The notes below the pieces were generated by a model, which was given only the letters and a program-made list of their open reading frames with translations, had not been told where the DNA came from and ran no database searches. Position numbers and translations under genes: made by a program. 64,000 nucleotides of DNA from Tepidisphaera sp. (GTDB taxonomy: Bacteria > Planctomycetota > Phycisphaerae > Phycisphaerales > UBA1924): positions 3,104,001-3,168,000 of the forward strand of contig CP051526.1 of the NCBI GenBank assembly GCA_050916045.1, read 5' to 3'. Below are positions 1-9,216 of the stretch, piece after piece. Within the stretch, counting starts at the first letter, position 1; every line of letters starts with the position of its first letter.

Positions 1-1
1 C

Positions 2-1330
2 GACGACAAGGGCCTCACCTGGACCAGCATCACCGGCGACCTCCCCGGCGGCACCGCGTACAGCATCGTCGAGGACCACGTCAACCCCAACCTGCTCTTC
101 GTCGGCACCGAGTTCGGCGTGCACTTCACGCTCGACGGCGGCACGAGCTGGTTCAAGGTCTCCGGCGTCCCCACCATCGACTGCCGCGATCTTGAGATCC
201 AGCGGCGCGAGAACGACCTGGTCGTCGCGACATTCGGCCGCGGGTTCTACGTCCTTGACGACTACACCCCGCTCCGCACCGCGAGCAGCGAGATCTTCGC
301 CAAGGACGCCCACATTTTCCCGATCCGGACGGCTCTCTCGTACGTCCCGCGCTCGCGGCAGGGCGGCACCGACGGCCGCGGCTGGTCCGGCGCGGACTAC
401 TACGCCGCTCCCAACCCCGCGTTCGGCGCGATCATCACCTACCACCTCAAGGAAAAGCTCAAGACCCGCAAAGAACTGCGTCAGGAAGCCGAGAAAAAGG
501 ACGACTGGAAGCACGCCACGATCGAGGAACTCCAAGCCGAGGACCGCGAACCCGCCCCCAAAGTCGTCATGATCGTCCGTGACGCCGCAGGCAACGTCCT
601 CCGACAGCTCGAGGTCTCTCGCGAAGCCGGCCTTCACCGCACGTCTTGGAACCTCCGCTTGCCGCTCACCACGCCCATCCAACTCTCAAGCCGCCAGCTC
701 GACCCGTGGGAAACCGACCAGGAAGGCCCGCTCGTCCCGCCCGGCACCTATAGCGTGCAGCTCGCCAAAATCGTCGACGGCGTGACCACGATGCTCGACG
801 CCCCCGTCTCCTTCGAGGTCCGCGACCTCGATGCGGCCACTTTCGCCGCCAAGGGCCAGGCCCGCGCCGAGAAGTTCGAGTTCGAGCGCAAGCTCAGCGA
901 CCTCCAGCGGGCGACCGAGGGCGCCGCAAGCGTGCTCGGCGAAGTCTCGAATCGCCTGAACCACCTCCGCAAGGGCATCATGCAGACGCCCGGCCTCGAT
1001 CCGGCCGTCTCGGCCGACCTCGAAACCCTGCGGACCCGCCACGGTGAAATCCAGCGGGCTCTCGGCGGCGACAGCACGCTCGCTGACCGCGCGGTCGCCC
1101 AGGCGCCGAGCATCCGCGAACGCATCGGCAACGCTCTCTATAGCACCCTCAACAGCACCCAGCCCCCCACCAAGACCCACCGCGAGCAATACGACATCGC
1201 AAGCGAACGCTTCGAGAAGATCCTCGCCGACACCAAAGCCCTCGTCGCCGACCTCCAAACCCTCGAAGCCAAGCTCGAAGCAAGCAAAGTCCCCTGGACC
1301 CCGGGCCGCCTGCCCGAATGGAAAAAGTAA
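2..1330 (+). CDS. BNR/Asp-box repeat (sortilin/VPS10-like) glycosyl hydrolase-type protein, 5' end outside window
   Basis: Frame open from base 2 (DDKGLTWTSITGDLP...LFVGTEFGVHFTLDGGTSW, Asp-box repeats; DLVVATFGRG); C-terminal coiled coil ending PWTPGR. Confidence 0.8.
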   Translation, partial: DDKGLTWTSITGDLPGGTAYSIVEDHVNPNLLFVGTEFGVHFTLDGGTSWFKVSGVPTIDCRDLEIQRRENDLVVATFGRGFYVLDDYTPLRTASSEIFAKDAHIFPIRTALSYVPRSRQGGTDGRGWSGADYYAAPNPAFGAIITYHLKEKLKTRKELRQEAEKKDDWKHATIEELQAEDREPAPKVVMIVRDAAGNVLRQLEVSREAGLHRTSWNLRLPLTTPIQLSSRQLDPWETDQEGPLVPPGTYSVQLAKIVDGVTTMLDAPVSFEVRDLDAATFAAKGQARAEKFEFERKLSDLQRATEGAASVLGEVSNRLNHLRKGIMQTPGLDPAVSADLETLRTRHGEIQRALGGDSTLADRAVAQAPSIRERIGNALYSTLNSTQPPTKTHREQYDIASERFEKILADTKALVADLQTLEAKLEASKVPWTPGRLPEWKK

Positions 1331-1338
1331 CCCTCTTT

Positions 1339-1368
1339 CAGAGCCCGACGCGCCAGCGAGGGTGAATC
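1339..1368. repeat. REP-like dispersed element, copy 1
   Basis: cagagcccgacgcgccagcgagggtgaatc; 25/30 identical to 43039-43068; both lie just downstream of a stop codon. Confidence 0.6.
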
Positions 1369-1549
1369 CAAGCGACGCCACAGGACCCAACGGAACTCCC
1401 AACGGACCACACGTCAAATGTGCTCCACGAAGGTGCTCCAACTCAAAGCCAGCTTCTCGCTTTCCTCCCTTACGGAGGAAAGCGAGGTTGCAGCCCTCGA
1501 CATCGGTCCCGACGGCGTGACATACATGGTGCTCGCAAAGCGTACCGCC

Positions 1550-2599
1550 CTACGTACCCGTCGCGTAGACTTCGGACATGCTCGCGCTGGAATGAGAGTT
1601 CACGCCGACGGAGGCAGTCAGTCCAGAGAGCGGTTCAGGCCCGCGGCTGACCAAGAGCAGAACCACGAGTCCCACAACGCTCACAGCGAGGATCCAGACC
1701 TGCATCGAGTTCGGCTGCGGACCATCCCAGTGAAACTGAGCGTGAGAGACGTAAAACCAAAGGCAGGCCGTAACGATCATCGCCACGTGAATCACGCCGA
1801 GCATCACGCTTCTCCGGACGTAAGCTGCGTGATTCACGAGTAGAGCAACAGTACAGGCATGGGCCATGCCAATAACCATCGTATAGAAAAAAAGCTGGAG
1901 AATGTGCACGATCGATGGCTTTGGGCCATCGACCAGGAAGAACTCCGGACGGAATGCCGCAAACCATGCATCCCCAAACCCACCATCACGAACAAGTCTT
2001 CGCGGCGAATGCACCGGGTCGTCGCTCCACACGGCCGGGACGCTCTCCTTCATCAGCACGTCCAAAAGAACACGGTTGTCGATGTAGTTGTGAAGCACGA
2101 AGCCAAACCGAAACCAGAGAAACACGAGCACGAACGGGATGATGATCTGAAGGTACTTGGTCGGAATCTCGACGTCAAGCACCGGCATCTTGTACGAACG
2201 CTCGGGGCGAAGAAGGATCAGGAATCCGATGATCATCAACGCGAGCTGTAGCTTCAAGCTCGTGTCGATAGCATCTCGACCCTGCTCCATCAACTTGAAG
2301 CGATGATCGAGAATGTCCTTCGCACGCTGTGAAAGAGGCTCACTCTGAGCGCCAACCTTGAGCCTCGCAATTCGCTCGCCGCTCAGCGCGTCCGCCGGAG
2401 GCCAGTACGCGGGCGGTGAAGATCCCGTCGCAGTCCCGGACGAACTCGTCTGTGTCGACGGCGGGTATCCCGGAACCGACTCTCCCGTATACCGATGCCC
2501 AAACGTTCCGAACACAATTCCGAGACAAAGGACCGCGACAATCGCAAGCCAGTGCTGCACCGCGAATCGAGCCAGAGCTCTCGTTCGAATCCTCGCCAT
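1550..2599 (-). CDS. Multi-pass membrane protein of unknown function
   Basis: About 6 hydrophobic segments; lower GC than flanks; start chosen at the ATG 7 nt after TATGCT. Confidence 0.65.
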   Translation of the reverse strand: MARIRTRALARFAVQHWLAIVAVLCLGIVFGTFGHRYTGESVPGYPPSTQTSSSGTATGSSPPAYWPPADALSGERIARLKVGAQSEPLSQRAKDILDHRFKLMEQGRDAIDTSLKLQLALMIIGFLILLRPERSYKMPVLDVEIPTKYLQIIIPFVLVFLWFRFGFVLHNYIDNRVLLDVLMKESVPAVWSDDPVHSPRRLVRDGGFGDAWFAAFRPEFFLVDGPKPSIVHILQLFFYTMVIGMAHACTVALLVNHAAYVRRSVMLGVIHVAMIVTACLWFYVSHAQFHWDGPQPNSMQVWILAVSVVGLVVLLLVSRGPEPLSGLTASVGVNSHSSASMSEVYATGT

Positions 2600-2690
2600 G
2601 ATTCGGAGCATAACGGAAGGCGCGCGTCCAGACGCTCAAGACGTGTAGGCCACTCCGTCTTGCACAGCACTGTGCCAACGTCCGGTCACC

Positions 2691-3149
2691 CTACCCCGGC
2701 ACCCCAATATCCTCATTCCAAAGATCCGGCCGCTTCGCGATGAAATCCTCCATCAACGCGATGCACCGCGGGTCATCCACAAGCGTGATGCTCACGCCCG
2801 AAGCGATCAGCCAGTCCTCCCGCCCCCGGAACGTCTGATGCTCCCCGATGATGATCCGCGGAATCCGGTGCAGGATCGCCGTCCCGCTGCACATCGCGCA
2901 CGGCGAAAGCGTCGTCGCCATCGTCAGCGTGTGCCAGTCGCGCCTCCGCCCCGCCGCCCGGATGCACGCCGTCTCCGCGTGCGCCGTCGGATCACCCGTC
3001 TGCACGCGGAGATTGTGCCCCGCCGCGACGATCGTCCCATCCGGAGCACCCAGCGCCGCCCCGATCGGAATCCCCCCCTCGCGCAAGCTCTTGACCGCCT
3101 GCTCATACGCGGCGTCAAGCAAGCGTCGTTCGCGGTCGAGAAGAGCCAT
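2691..3149 (-). CDS. Nucleoside/cytosine deaminase (Zn-dependent CDA fold)
   Basis: HAE and PCAMC motifs; C-terminal WNEDIG like yeast-type cytosine deaminases. Confidence 0.9.
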   Translation of the reverse strand: MALLDRERRLLDAAYEQAVKSLREGGIPIGAALGAPDGTIVAAGHNLRVQTGDPTAHAETACIRAAGRRRDWHTLTMATTLSPCAMCSGTAILHRIPRIIIGEHQTFRGREDWLIASGVSITLVDDPRCIALMEDFIAKRPDLWNEDIGVPG

Positions 3150-3179
3150 GGGGCGTGCTCGCGGAAAGTTGAACCCTGG

Positions 3180-3635
3180 TCAGAACGGAGCGGAACCGCC
3201 GCCCACCGGCTTGCCCTTGGGCTTGACGCCCGGAGCCGACTCACCCGGCTCGCGAAGGTCAAACCCGATGATCCGGGTCTTCGGCACCGCCATCTCGTTC
3301 TTCAGCGACCCGTAGTTGTTGTCGGGAGCCATCTCGTCCCACCTCATCATGTCCGGACGCGTCGAGTTGTCGTACCGGTCATGGAAGAACTGCACCACAA
3401 GCTTGCGGCCCACGGGAATCTCGTACGACCAGATCTCGCTCCCGTCACGCGTATCGCGGAGGAAGACCGTCTTCGGCTGGTCCGACGTGCTGACATACAC
3501 ATTCCCGTCATAGCTCGCTTCAGAACCCCCCTCGCGGTAGGGGTTGCACCCCGAAACCGCCAGAAGCGGCAGAGCAAGCGGCAAAGCAAGTGCGGCCAGC
3601 GCGGAGCGTGAGAAGTTTCGGATCATGCGTGCCAT
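3180..3635 (-). CDS. Putative lipoprotein
   Basis: Signal peptide with VSGC lipobox; GGAAGGA SD upstream; host-like codon usage. Confidence 0.7.
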   Translation of the reverse strand: MARMIRNFSRSALAALALPLALPLLAVSGCNPYREGGSEASYDGNVYVSTSDQPKTVFLRDTRDGSEIWSYEIPVGRKLVVQFFHDRYDNSTRPDMMRWDEMAPDNNYGSLKNEMAVPKTRIIGFDLREPGESAPGVKPKGKPVGGGSAPF

Positions 3636-3749
3636 TTCCTTCCAGGACGGGGGGTCGCCCGGGATTCCGCCGGGCCGATCCGAGTGTAGCGAGGGAATCA
3701 TCGACCGGTTCGTCCGCCGCTCTGCAGGACTGCCCGGTACAGTCCCGCC

Positions 3750-4229
3750 ATGAGCGCACGGATGAGAATCGGGCACGGTTACGACCTCCACCGGCTTGAA
3801 GCCGGCACCGCCAAGCCGCTGATCCTCGGCGGCGTCCGCATCCCCTGCGACCGCGGCCCCGTCGCCCATTCCGACGGCGATGCCGTCATGCACGCCCTCA
3901 CCGACGCTCTCCTGGGTGCCCTCGGCGAGCCCGACATCGGACAACTCTTCCCCGACACCGCCCCCGAGAACGCCGGCAAAGACTCGGCTTTCTTCCTCGC
4001 CGAAGCCGTCAGACGCGTTCACGCCCGAAGCCTCGCCCTCGTCAACGCCGACATCACCGTCATCCTCGAACGACCCAAGATCGGCCCGCACAAAGCCGCG
4101 ATCATGTCCAACCTGTCCAAGCTCCTCGGCGGCGCTCCCGTCAACCTCAAGGGCAAGACCCACGAGGGCGTCGACGCCGTCGGCCGGGGCGAAGCCGTCG
4201 AAGTGCACGCGGTCGTCCTCCTGGCGTGA
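3750..4229 (+). CDS. ispF: 2-C-methyl-D-erythritol 2,4-cyclodiphosphate synthase
   Basis: RIGHGYDLH, HSDGD, DIGQLFPD motifs. Confidence 0.95.
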   Translation: MSARMRIGHGYDLHRLEAGTAKPLILGGVRIPCDRGPVAHSDGDAVMHALTDALLGALGEPDIGQLFPDTAPENAGKDSAFFLAEAVRRVHARSLALVNADITVILERPKIGPHKAAIMSNLSKLLGGAPVNLKGKTHEGVDAVGRGEAVEVHAVVLLA

Positions 4230-4248
4230 CCCCGCCCCCCCGCTCGAC

Positions 4249-4313
4249 CAACGCAAGACACGGTGCCCTCTCTCGCTCTCTCCAGCGGGGGCTCAGGCAT
4301 GTGTCTTGCGTTG
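4249..4313. other. Long intergenic stem-loop
   Basis: caacgcaagaca (4249-4260) pairs with tgtcttgcgttg (4302-4313); inner tgcc/ggca pairing. Confidence 0.55.
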
Positions 4314-4473
4314 TAAATAACGACTGCGGCAACACTTGAAGTGCGCTGCGGGCGGAATGAACGCACCCAGCATACGGGGTTCTCATCCCGCCGCCAAGAG
4401 AAATCTCGCACCTCCCCAGGGACTTTCGCGGGCCCGATCATTCTCCGAAAATGGGCCCGGCACCTCGGGCCAA

Positions 4474-5997
4474 TCACGGCGAAACTGTGCGCGGCCCCAG
4501 AAGGCGGAGCGAGAACTTCGCCGCTCGCCCCTCCCAAATGGTCCGGCGACCCGTGAGAACGCTTTCACCACCCTCAACCACCTCACCCTCGACCCGAACC
4601 AGCACGAAAGCCTCATCCGGCGGCACGAACGGCCGCAGAAGCGCCGAACTCCAGCGCGGTCGGATGCCGAAACCCTGTTCCATCGCTTCGCGGCGGGCGT
4701 AAAGCAAAACCTCGGGACGGGCTTCGACCGCTCCGTCGGCCCAAACCTCCGCGCCCGGCCCCGGATTGCAAGCCGCGATCGCCCGGCCGATCGCAACGCC
4801 CGCCGGTCGGCCCGACCCACGCCCGCCATCGCCATCACGGGCTCGGTCGGAGATCTGCGCAAACACCAGCCCGGCCCCCACCAGCACCATCGCGACGATC
4901 ATCAGACTGTCTTTCAAATTCGGACGCGCGAGGACCCGCGCGGTAAAGAGCCCGCCGAGCGCAAGCGGCCAAAGCGGCGCGGCGGGCATCGTGTACCGAG
5001 GATTCGACACCCCCACCACCGCGTAGATCACCACCGACGCCACACCCGCCGCCGCAATCGCCAAGATCACCCCGTCCCGAGGAACCACGCTCCTGCGAGC
5101 CGCGAGCGCCGGCCACGCAAGCAACACGAGACTCGACGGCAAAGCGGCGGCGACACCCACCAGCGGAAGCGTCAGGATCGACACGATCTTGCTCGCATCC
5201 CAGAGAAACTCGCCCGGGGACTGCGTGACCGCCACGTCCTTCCGCGCACTCGCAAGCACCGCAAAGACGCCCGCCAGAGCAACAAGCCCCACCGCTCCCG
5301 CCGGCAGCACAGCCCAAAGCCACCGCGAAAGACGCCGACGATCCCCGTCACCTTCGCCACCACCTGAACCAACCGCAAGCCAAAGCGAAGCCCCCAGAGC
5401 CGCCGCCATCACCGGCACCCCCGCCGGACCTTTCGTCAGCACAGCCACAATCAGCCCGATCGCGATCGAACACGCCGGGACGTAGCTTCGGGCAAGAGAA
5501 AGCCGCCGACGAACGCCCGCGTCCAGCATGCCCAGACAGGCAAGCTGCACGCCGAACGTGTGGAGAGCTTCAATCTCGGCGGAGCGGCCGGCTTCCCAGA
5601 GGAATGGAGTCAGGACCTGCGCCAAGCCCGCGACAAGCCCGCTCGCCGGACCGAACCAGCGCCGCGCGAACCACCACGCGACGACCCCCATCACCGTGCA
5701 CGCAAACGCGGAAACCGCTCGCGCCGCGAACTCGGTCTGTCCAAAGACCGCCGACGAAGCCGCAATCGCCCACATCATCCCCGGCGGCTTCCGCGAATAC
5801 GCCTCGCCGAACATCCGCGTGACGACATAGTCGCCCGTGTCCATCATCTCCCACGCGGGGATGACTCTCAGCCCCTCGGACATCGAAAGGCCCGTCGAGC
5901 CAAGCCCGATCCAGAAGACAATCACGCTCGCGACGAGCACGCCGAGCAGGTCCTTCATCGCGCTCCGCGGCGCGTCGAGGTCGGATGTCGTCGTCAT
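4474..5997 (-). CDS. ArnT/PMT-like GT-C glycosyltransferase (family 39/83-like)
   Basis: Many TM helices; EGLR, AWEM...GDY, KPP, R.AEIE, LTKGP motifs. Confidence 0.85.
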   Translation of the reverse strand: MTTTSDLDAPRSAMKDLLGVLVASVIVFWIGLGSTGLSMSEGLRVIPAWEMMDTGDYVVTRMFGEAYSRKPPGMMWAIAASSAVFGQTEFAARAVSAFACTVMGVVAWWFARRWFGPASGLVAGLAQVLTPFLWEAGRSAEIEALHTFGVQLACLGMLDAGVRRRLSLARSYVPACSIAIGLIVAVLTKGPAGVPVMAAALGASLWLAVGSGGGEGDGDRRRLSRWLWAVLPAGAVGLVALAGVFAVLASARKDVAVTQSPGEFLWDASKIVSILTLPLVGVAAALPSSLVLLAWPALAARRSVVPRDGVILAIAAAGVASVVIYAVVGVSNPRYTMPAAPLWPLALGGLFTARVLARPNLKDSLMIVAMVLVGAGLVFAQISDRARDGDGGRGSGRPAGVAIGRAIAACNPGPGAEVWADGAVEARPEVLLYARREAMEQGFGIRPRWSSALLRPFVPPDEAFVLVRVEGEVVEGGESVLTGRRTIWEGRAAKFSLRLLGPRTVSP

Positions 5998-6040
5998 GCT
6001 GGTCAGTCTAGCGGCATGCTCAATGACGCGGCGAGCAACG

Positions 6041-7618
6041 TCACTTCAGGTTGGCCAGATGCTTCTCCGGGTCCTCCCAGAAGGTCTTGGGACAGTTCGG
6101 GCAGCAGAACCCGATGACCTTGCCCTTGTAAAGAATCTGGTACTCGGGCTTGATCGGCGAGCCGGAGATCGGGCAGACGGTGTTGATCGGCTTGAGGTCG
6201 GCTGCGACCGCCGGCGCGGCTCCAACCGGCGGGGCATCGCTCGTAAACTTGAGATCCGTCTCTCCCTCCAGCGTGGTCGTCGTCAGCTTGTCGCCCGCAT
6301 CGACGGACAGGCCCGCCTTGAGCTCCCGGAGGTCGACGATCGTCTCGGGCGTCAGCCCCGCATCCCACACATAAAGCGTCCTGATCTTCGGCAGCGAGGT
6401 CAAAAGCCCACGAACCGCCCCGTCCGCACCCGAGAGCTTCGTGCGGGCCAGAATCAGCTCTTCGAGTGCCCCATGCCCCTTGAGCATCACCAGTTGCTCG
6501 ACTGTGATCGGCGTGGACGCCACGTCAAGCCGGCGGAGATGCGGCATCGTCGCCACCAAAGCCATCGTCTTGGCTCCAACCTGCGTCCGCGCAAGCGAGA
6601 GATCCTCGATCGACTCGGCAAGCGGCTTGAGCAGAGCTTCCGCTTTCGCGTCATCGATCGTCGGAGCGATCGCGGCAAAGCTCACGATCAGCCGGGGGTT
6701 TGATTCGCTCACCGGCTCGGCATGGGCGAGCGCGGCCCTCAGCGCTGAAATCGCCGAAGCGGATGGAGGCGGGATCACCGGCGCGGCGGGCGCAAGCGTC
6801 GGAGCAGGCTGCGGGGGCGCTTCCCCGGCCAGCGGCTCATCGAAACGGGCCCCACGCTTGACCCAATCCACGATCGCCGCGATCTCCGCTTCCGTCGGCT
6901 GCGGCTTGCCCTCCGGCGGCATGTGGTCATCGTCCAGGAGCGGGAGGCGGATGCGGTCGACGATCTGGCTCGCTTCCGGGTTGCCCGCGACGAACAAACT
7001 GCCAAGGTCCCCGCCCGCGAGCAGGTCCGCTTGCGTGTGCATGCGGAGGCCGCCCTTGGCTTTCTCCTCGCCATGGCAGGCGTAGCAGGTTCGCGCGAGA
7101 ATCGGCTTGATCTCGGCGTCAAACCGGGTGGTCGACACCGGCGTGATCGTCGGCTCAAACTCGGCGTTCGGCTCGCGCTCCGCTTTGCGATTCAGCGGCG
7201 CGAACAGGAAGTCCGCGCCGTGCGTCATCGTCGCGCCAAGGTGCCCCGCAGGAAAGAGCATCGCGAGCGTCGCAAGCAGCAGAGCCCGCCGCGCCAACGG
7301 CTTATCCCCCCACAGGGAAACCGCCGCCGTCAGACACGCCAGGATCGTGCACGCGATCCCCGTGTAGAAGTGAAGATCGAGGGTCTTGCCCGCATACGTC
7401 TGGCCACCCCCCTCCTGGCTCAGGATGTACCCCGTCACCCCCGCCGCGACCGCCGAGAGCGCGCCGATCGTCGCAAGCACGCGCACGGCGCCAAGCCACC
7501 CGCTCCCCCGCGCCAGCACCATCGCCAGCTCGATCGCCGCCAAGCCGATGAAAATCCCGATCGGAGCGTGCAGCAGCATCGGATGCGACCGCCCCAGTAC
7601 CTCGATCCATGCGCTCAT
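6041..7618 (-). CDS. Membrane-anchored planctomycete cytochrome c domain protein with LRR-like region and C-terminal YHS-like domain
   Basis: N-terminal HP.LLH.PIG TM domain (DUF2231-like); CYACH heme motif; HMPP; L..L.L..T repeats; CPISG...GFCCPNC. Confidence 0.8.
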   Translation of the reverse strand: MSAWIEVLGRSHPMLLHAPIGIFIGLAAIELAMVLARGSGWLGAVRVLATIGALSAVAAGVTGYILSQEGGGQTYAGKTLDLHFYTGIACTILACLTAAVSLWGDKPLARRALLLATLAMLFPAGHLGATMTHGADFLFAPLNRKAEREPNAEFEPTITPVSTTRFDAEIKPILARTCYACHGEEKAKGGLRMHTQADLLAGGDLGSLFVAGNPEASQIVDRIRLPLLDDDHMPPEGKPQPTEAEIAAIVDWVKRGARFDEPLAGEAPPQPAPTLAPAAPVIPPPSASAISALRAALAHAEPVSESNPRLIVSFAAIAPTIDDAKAEALLKPLAESIEDLSLARTQVGAKTMALVATMPHLRRLDVASTPITVEQLVMLKGHGALEELILARTKLSGADGAVRGLLTSLPKIRTLYVWDAGLTPETIVDLRELKAGLSVDAGDKLTTTTLEGETDLKFTSDAPPVGAAPAVAADLKPINTVCPISGSPIKPEYQILYKGKVIGFCCPNCPKTFWEDPEKHLANLK

Positions 7619-7679
7619 CTGTTCGTCCTTGAAGCTCCGCGAAGCACGTTCACCCAATCCATCTTCACGCCACCAGCAA

Positions 7680-9197
7680 TCACAGCAGCAGATCCTTCCG
7701 CACCTTGCCGAAGACGTCCGTCAGCCGGAAATCCCGGCCCTGAGCACGGTACGTCAGCCGCGTGTGATCCAACCCGAGGCAGTGAAGCATCGTCGCGTGC
7801 AGGTCGTGCACATCCATCGGGTTCTCGACGATGTTGTAGCAGAATTCGTCCGTCTTGCCGTACGTGATGCCGGGCTTCACGCCGCCGCCCGCCATCCAGA
7901 TCGTGTAGCAGCGCGGATGGTGGTCGCGGCCATAGTTCTCCGTCGTCAGCGTCCCCTGCGAGTACACCGTCCGCCCGAACTCCCCCGCCCACAGCACCAG
8001 CGTGTCGTCCAGCATCCCGCGCCGCCGCAGATCCTTCACCAGCGCCGCTTGCGGCTGATCCACCGCGTTGCACTGGGCTTTCAGCTCGCTCGGAAGGTTA
8101 CCGTGCTGGTCCCACCCTCGCATGTAAAGCTGCACAAACCGCACGCCGCGCTCCGCCAGGCGACGCGCGAGCAGACAGTTGGCCGCGAACGAACCCGGCT
8201 TCTTCACGTCCGGCCCGTACATATCCAGCGTTTCCTGCGACTCGTCGCTGAAATCCGCAAGCTCCGGCACCGACATCTGCATCCGGTACGCCATCTCATA
8301 CTGCGAGATCCGCGCGCGAACCTCGGGGTCAAGCGACCGGGCCGCTTCCTGCTCGTTGAGCTCGCCGACCAGATCAAGCATGCGGCGACGGTCGGCGCGA
8401 GCCACACCCGCCGGATCCTTCAGGAAGTGCACCGGGTCCCCCGCCGAACGCATCCGGCACCCCTGATGCTCCGAGGGCAGGAACCCCGAGCCCCAGAACC
8501 GCGCGGAAAGCGCCTGCATGTTCCCGATCCCCTGCGTGATCAGCACGACAAACGTCGGCAGGTTCGCGTTCGAAGACCCCAAGCCGTAGCTCAGCCACGA
8601 TCCCATCGACGGACGCCCGGGCTGCTGATTGCCCGTCTGGAAGAACGTGATCCCCGGCTCATGGTTGATCGCTTCGGTGTGCATCGAATGAATGAAGCAA
8701 AGCTCGTGAGCGATCGACGCGGTGTGGGGGATGAGCTCGGAAAGCCAGACCCCGTCCTGGGAATTCTTGTGCTTGGAGAACTTGAAGATCGACGGCGCGA
8801 CAGGAAACCTCGACTGGCCGCTCGTCATACCCGTGAGCCGCTGTCCGTTCCGGATGGACTCGGGCAGGTCTTGGTTGAACCGATGCCGCAAGCCGGGCTT
8901 GTGGTCATAGAGGTCAAGCTGGCTGGGCGCCCCCTCCATGTGCATGCAGATCACACGCTTGGCTTTGGGAGCAAAGTGCGTCCCCGCCCGGAACAGAGCT
9001 TCGGCGCGGGCGGCGTCGTCGGTCCCGCCGCCGGCGACGCTCGAAGGGCCCGCGCCGCTCAACATCGTCGACAGAGCAAGACCGCCGAGCCCCGCCCCCA
9101 TCATCGTCGCCGCTTGCCCGAAGAATCGGCGGCGCGTGAGGTCGAGATAGTGCTGCTCAAGCGGGTGGGACGCGGGCTGAATCGGGTCGTTCTTCAT
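7680..9197 (-). CDS. DUF1501 family (sulfatase-like) Tat-exported protein
   Basis: TRRRFF Tat motif; GAPSQLD, WDQH, GEFGRT, GRDH, FRLTDV motifs. Confidence 0.9.
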   Translation of the reverse strand: MKNDPIQPASHPLEQHYLDLTRRRFFGQAATMMGAGLGGLALSTMLSGAGPSSVAGGGTDDAARAEALFRAGTHFAPKAKRVICMHMEGAPSQLDLYDHKPGLRHRFNQDLPESIRNGQRLTGMTSGQSRFPVAPSIFKFSKHKNSQDGVWLSELIPHTASIAHELCFIHSMHTEAINHEPGITFFQTGNQQPGRPSMGSWLSYGLGSSNANLPTFVVLITQGIGNMQALSARFWGSGFLPSEHQGCRMRSAGDPVHFLKDPAGVARADRRRMLDLVGELNEQEAARSLDPEVRARISQYEMAYRMQMSVPELADFSDESQETLDMYGPDVKKPGSFAANCLLARRLAERGVRFVQLYMRGWDQHGNLPSELKAQCNAVDQPQAALVKDLRRRGMLDDTLVLWAGEFGRTVYSQGTLTTENYGRDHHPRCYTIWMAGGGVKPGITYGKTDEFCYNIVENPMDVHDLHATMLHCLGLDHTRLTYRAQGRDFRLTDVFGKVRKDLLL

Positions 9198-9216
9198 GGT
9201 GGTCTCGGTCCTGTGT

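Noticed and set aside
1386..1406. cccaacgga direct repeat x2
   Set aside because: Too short and only two copies
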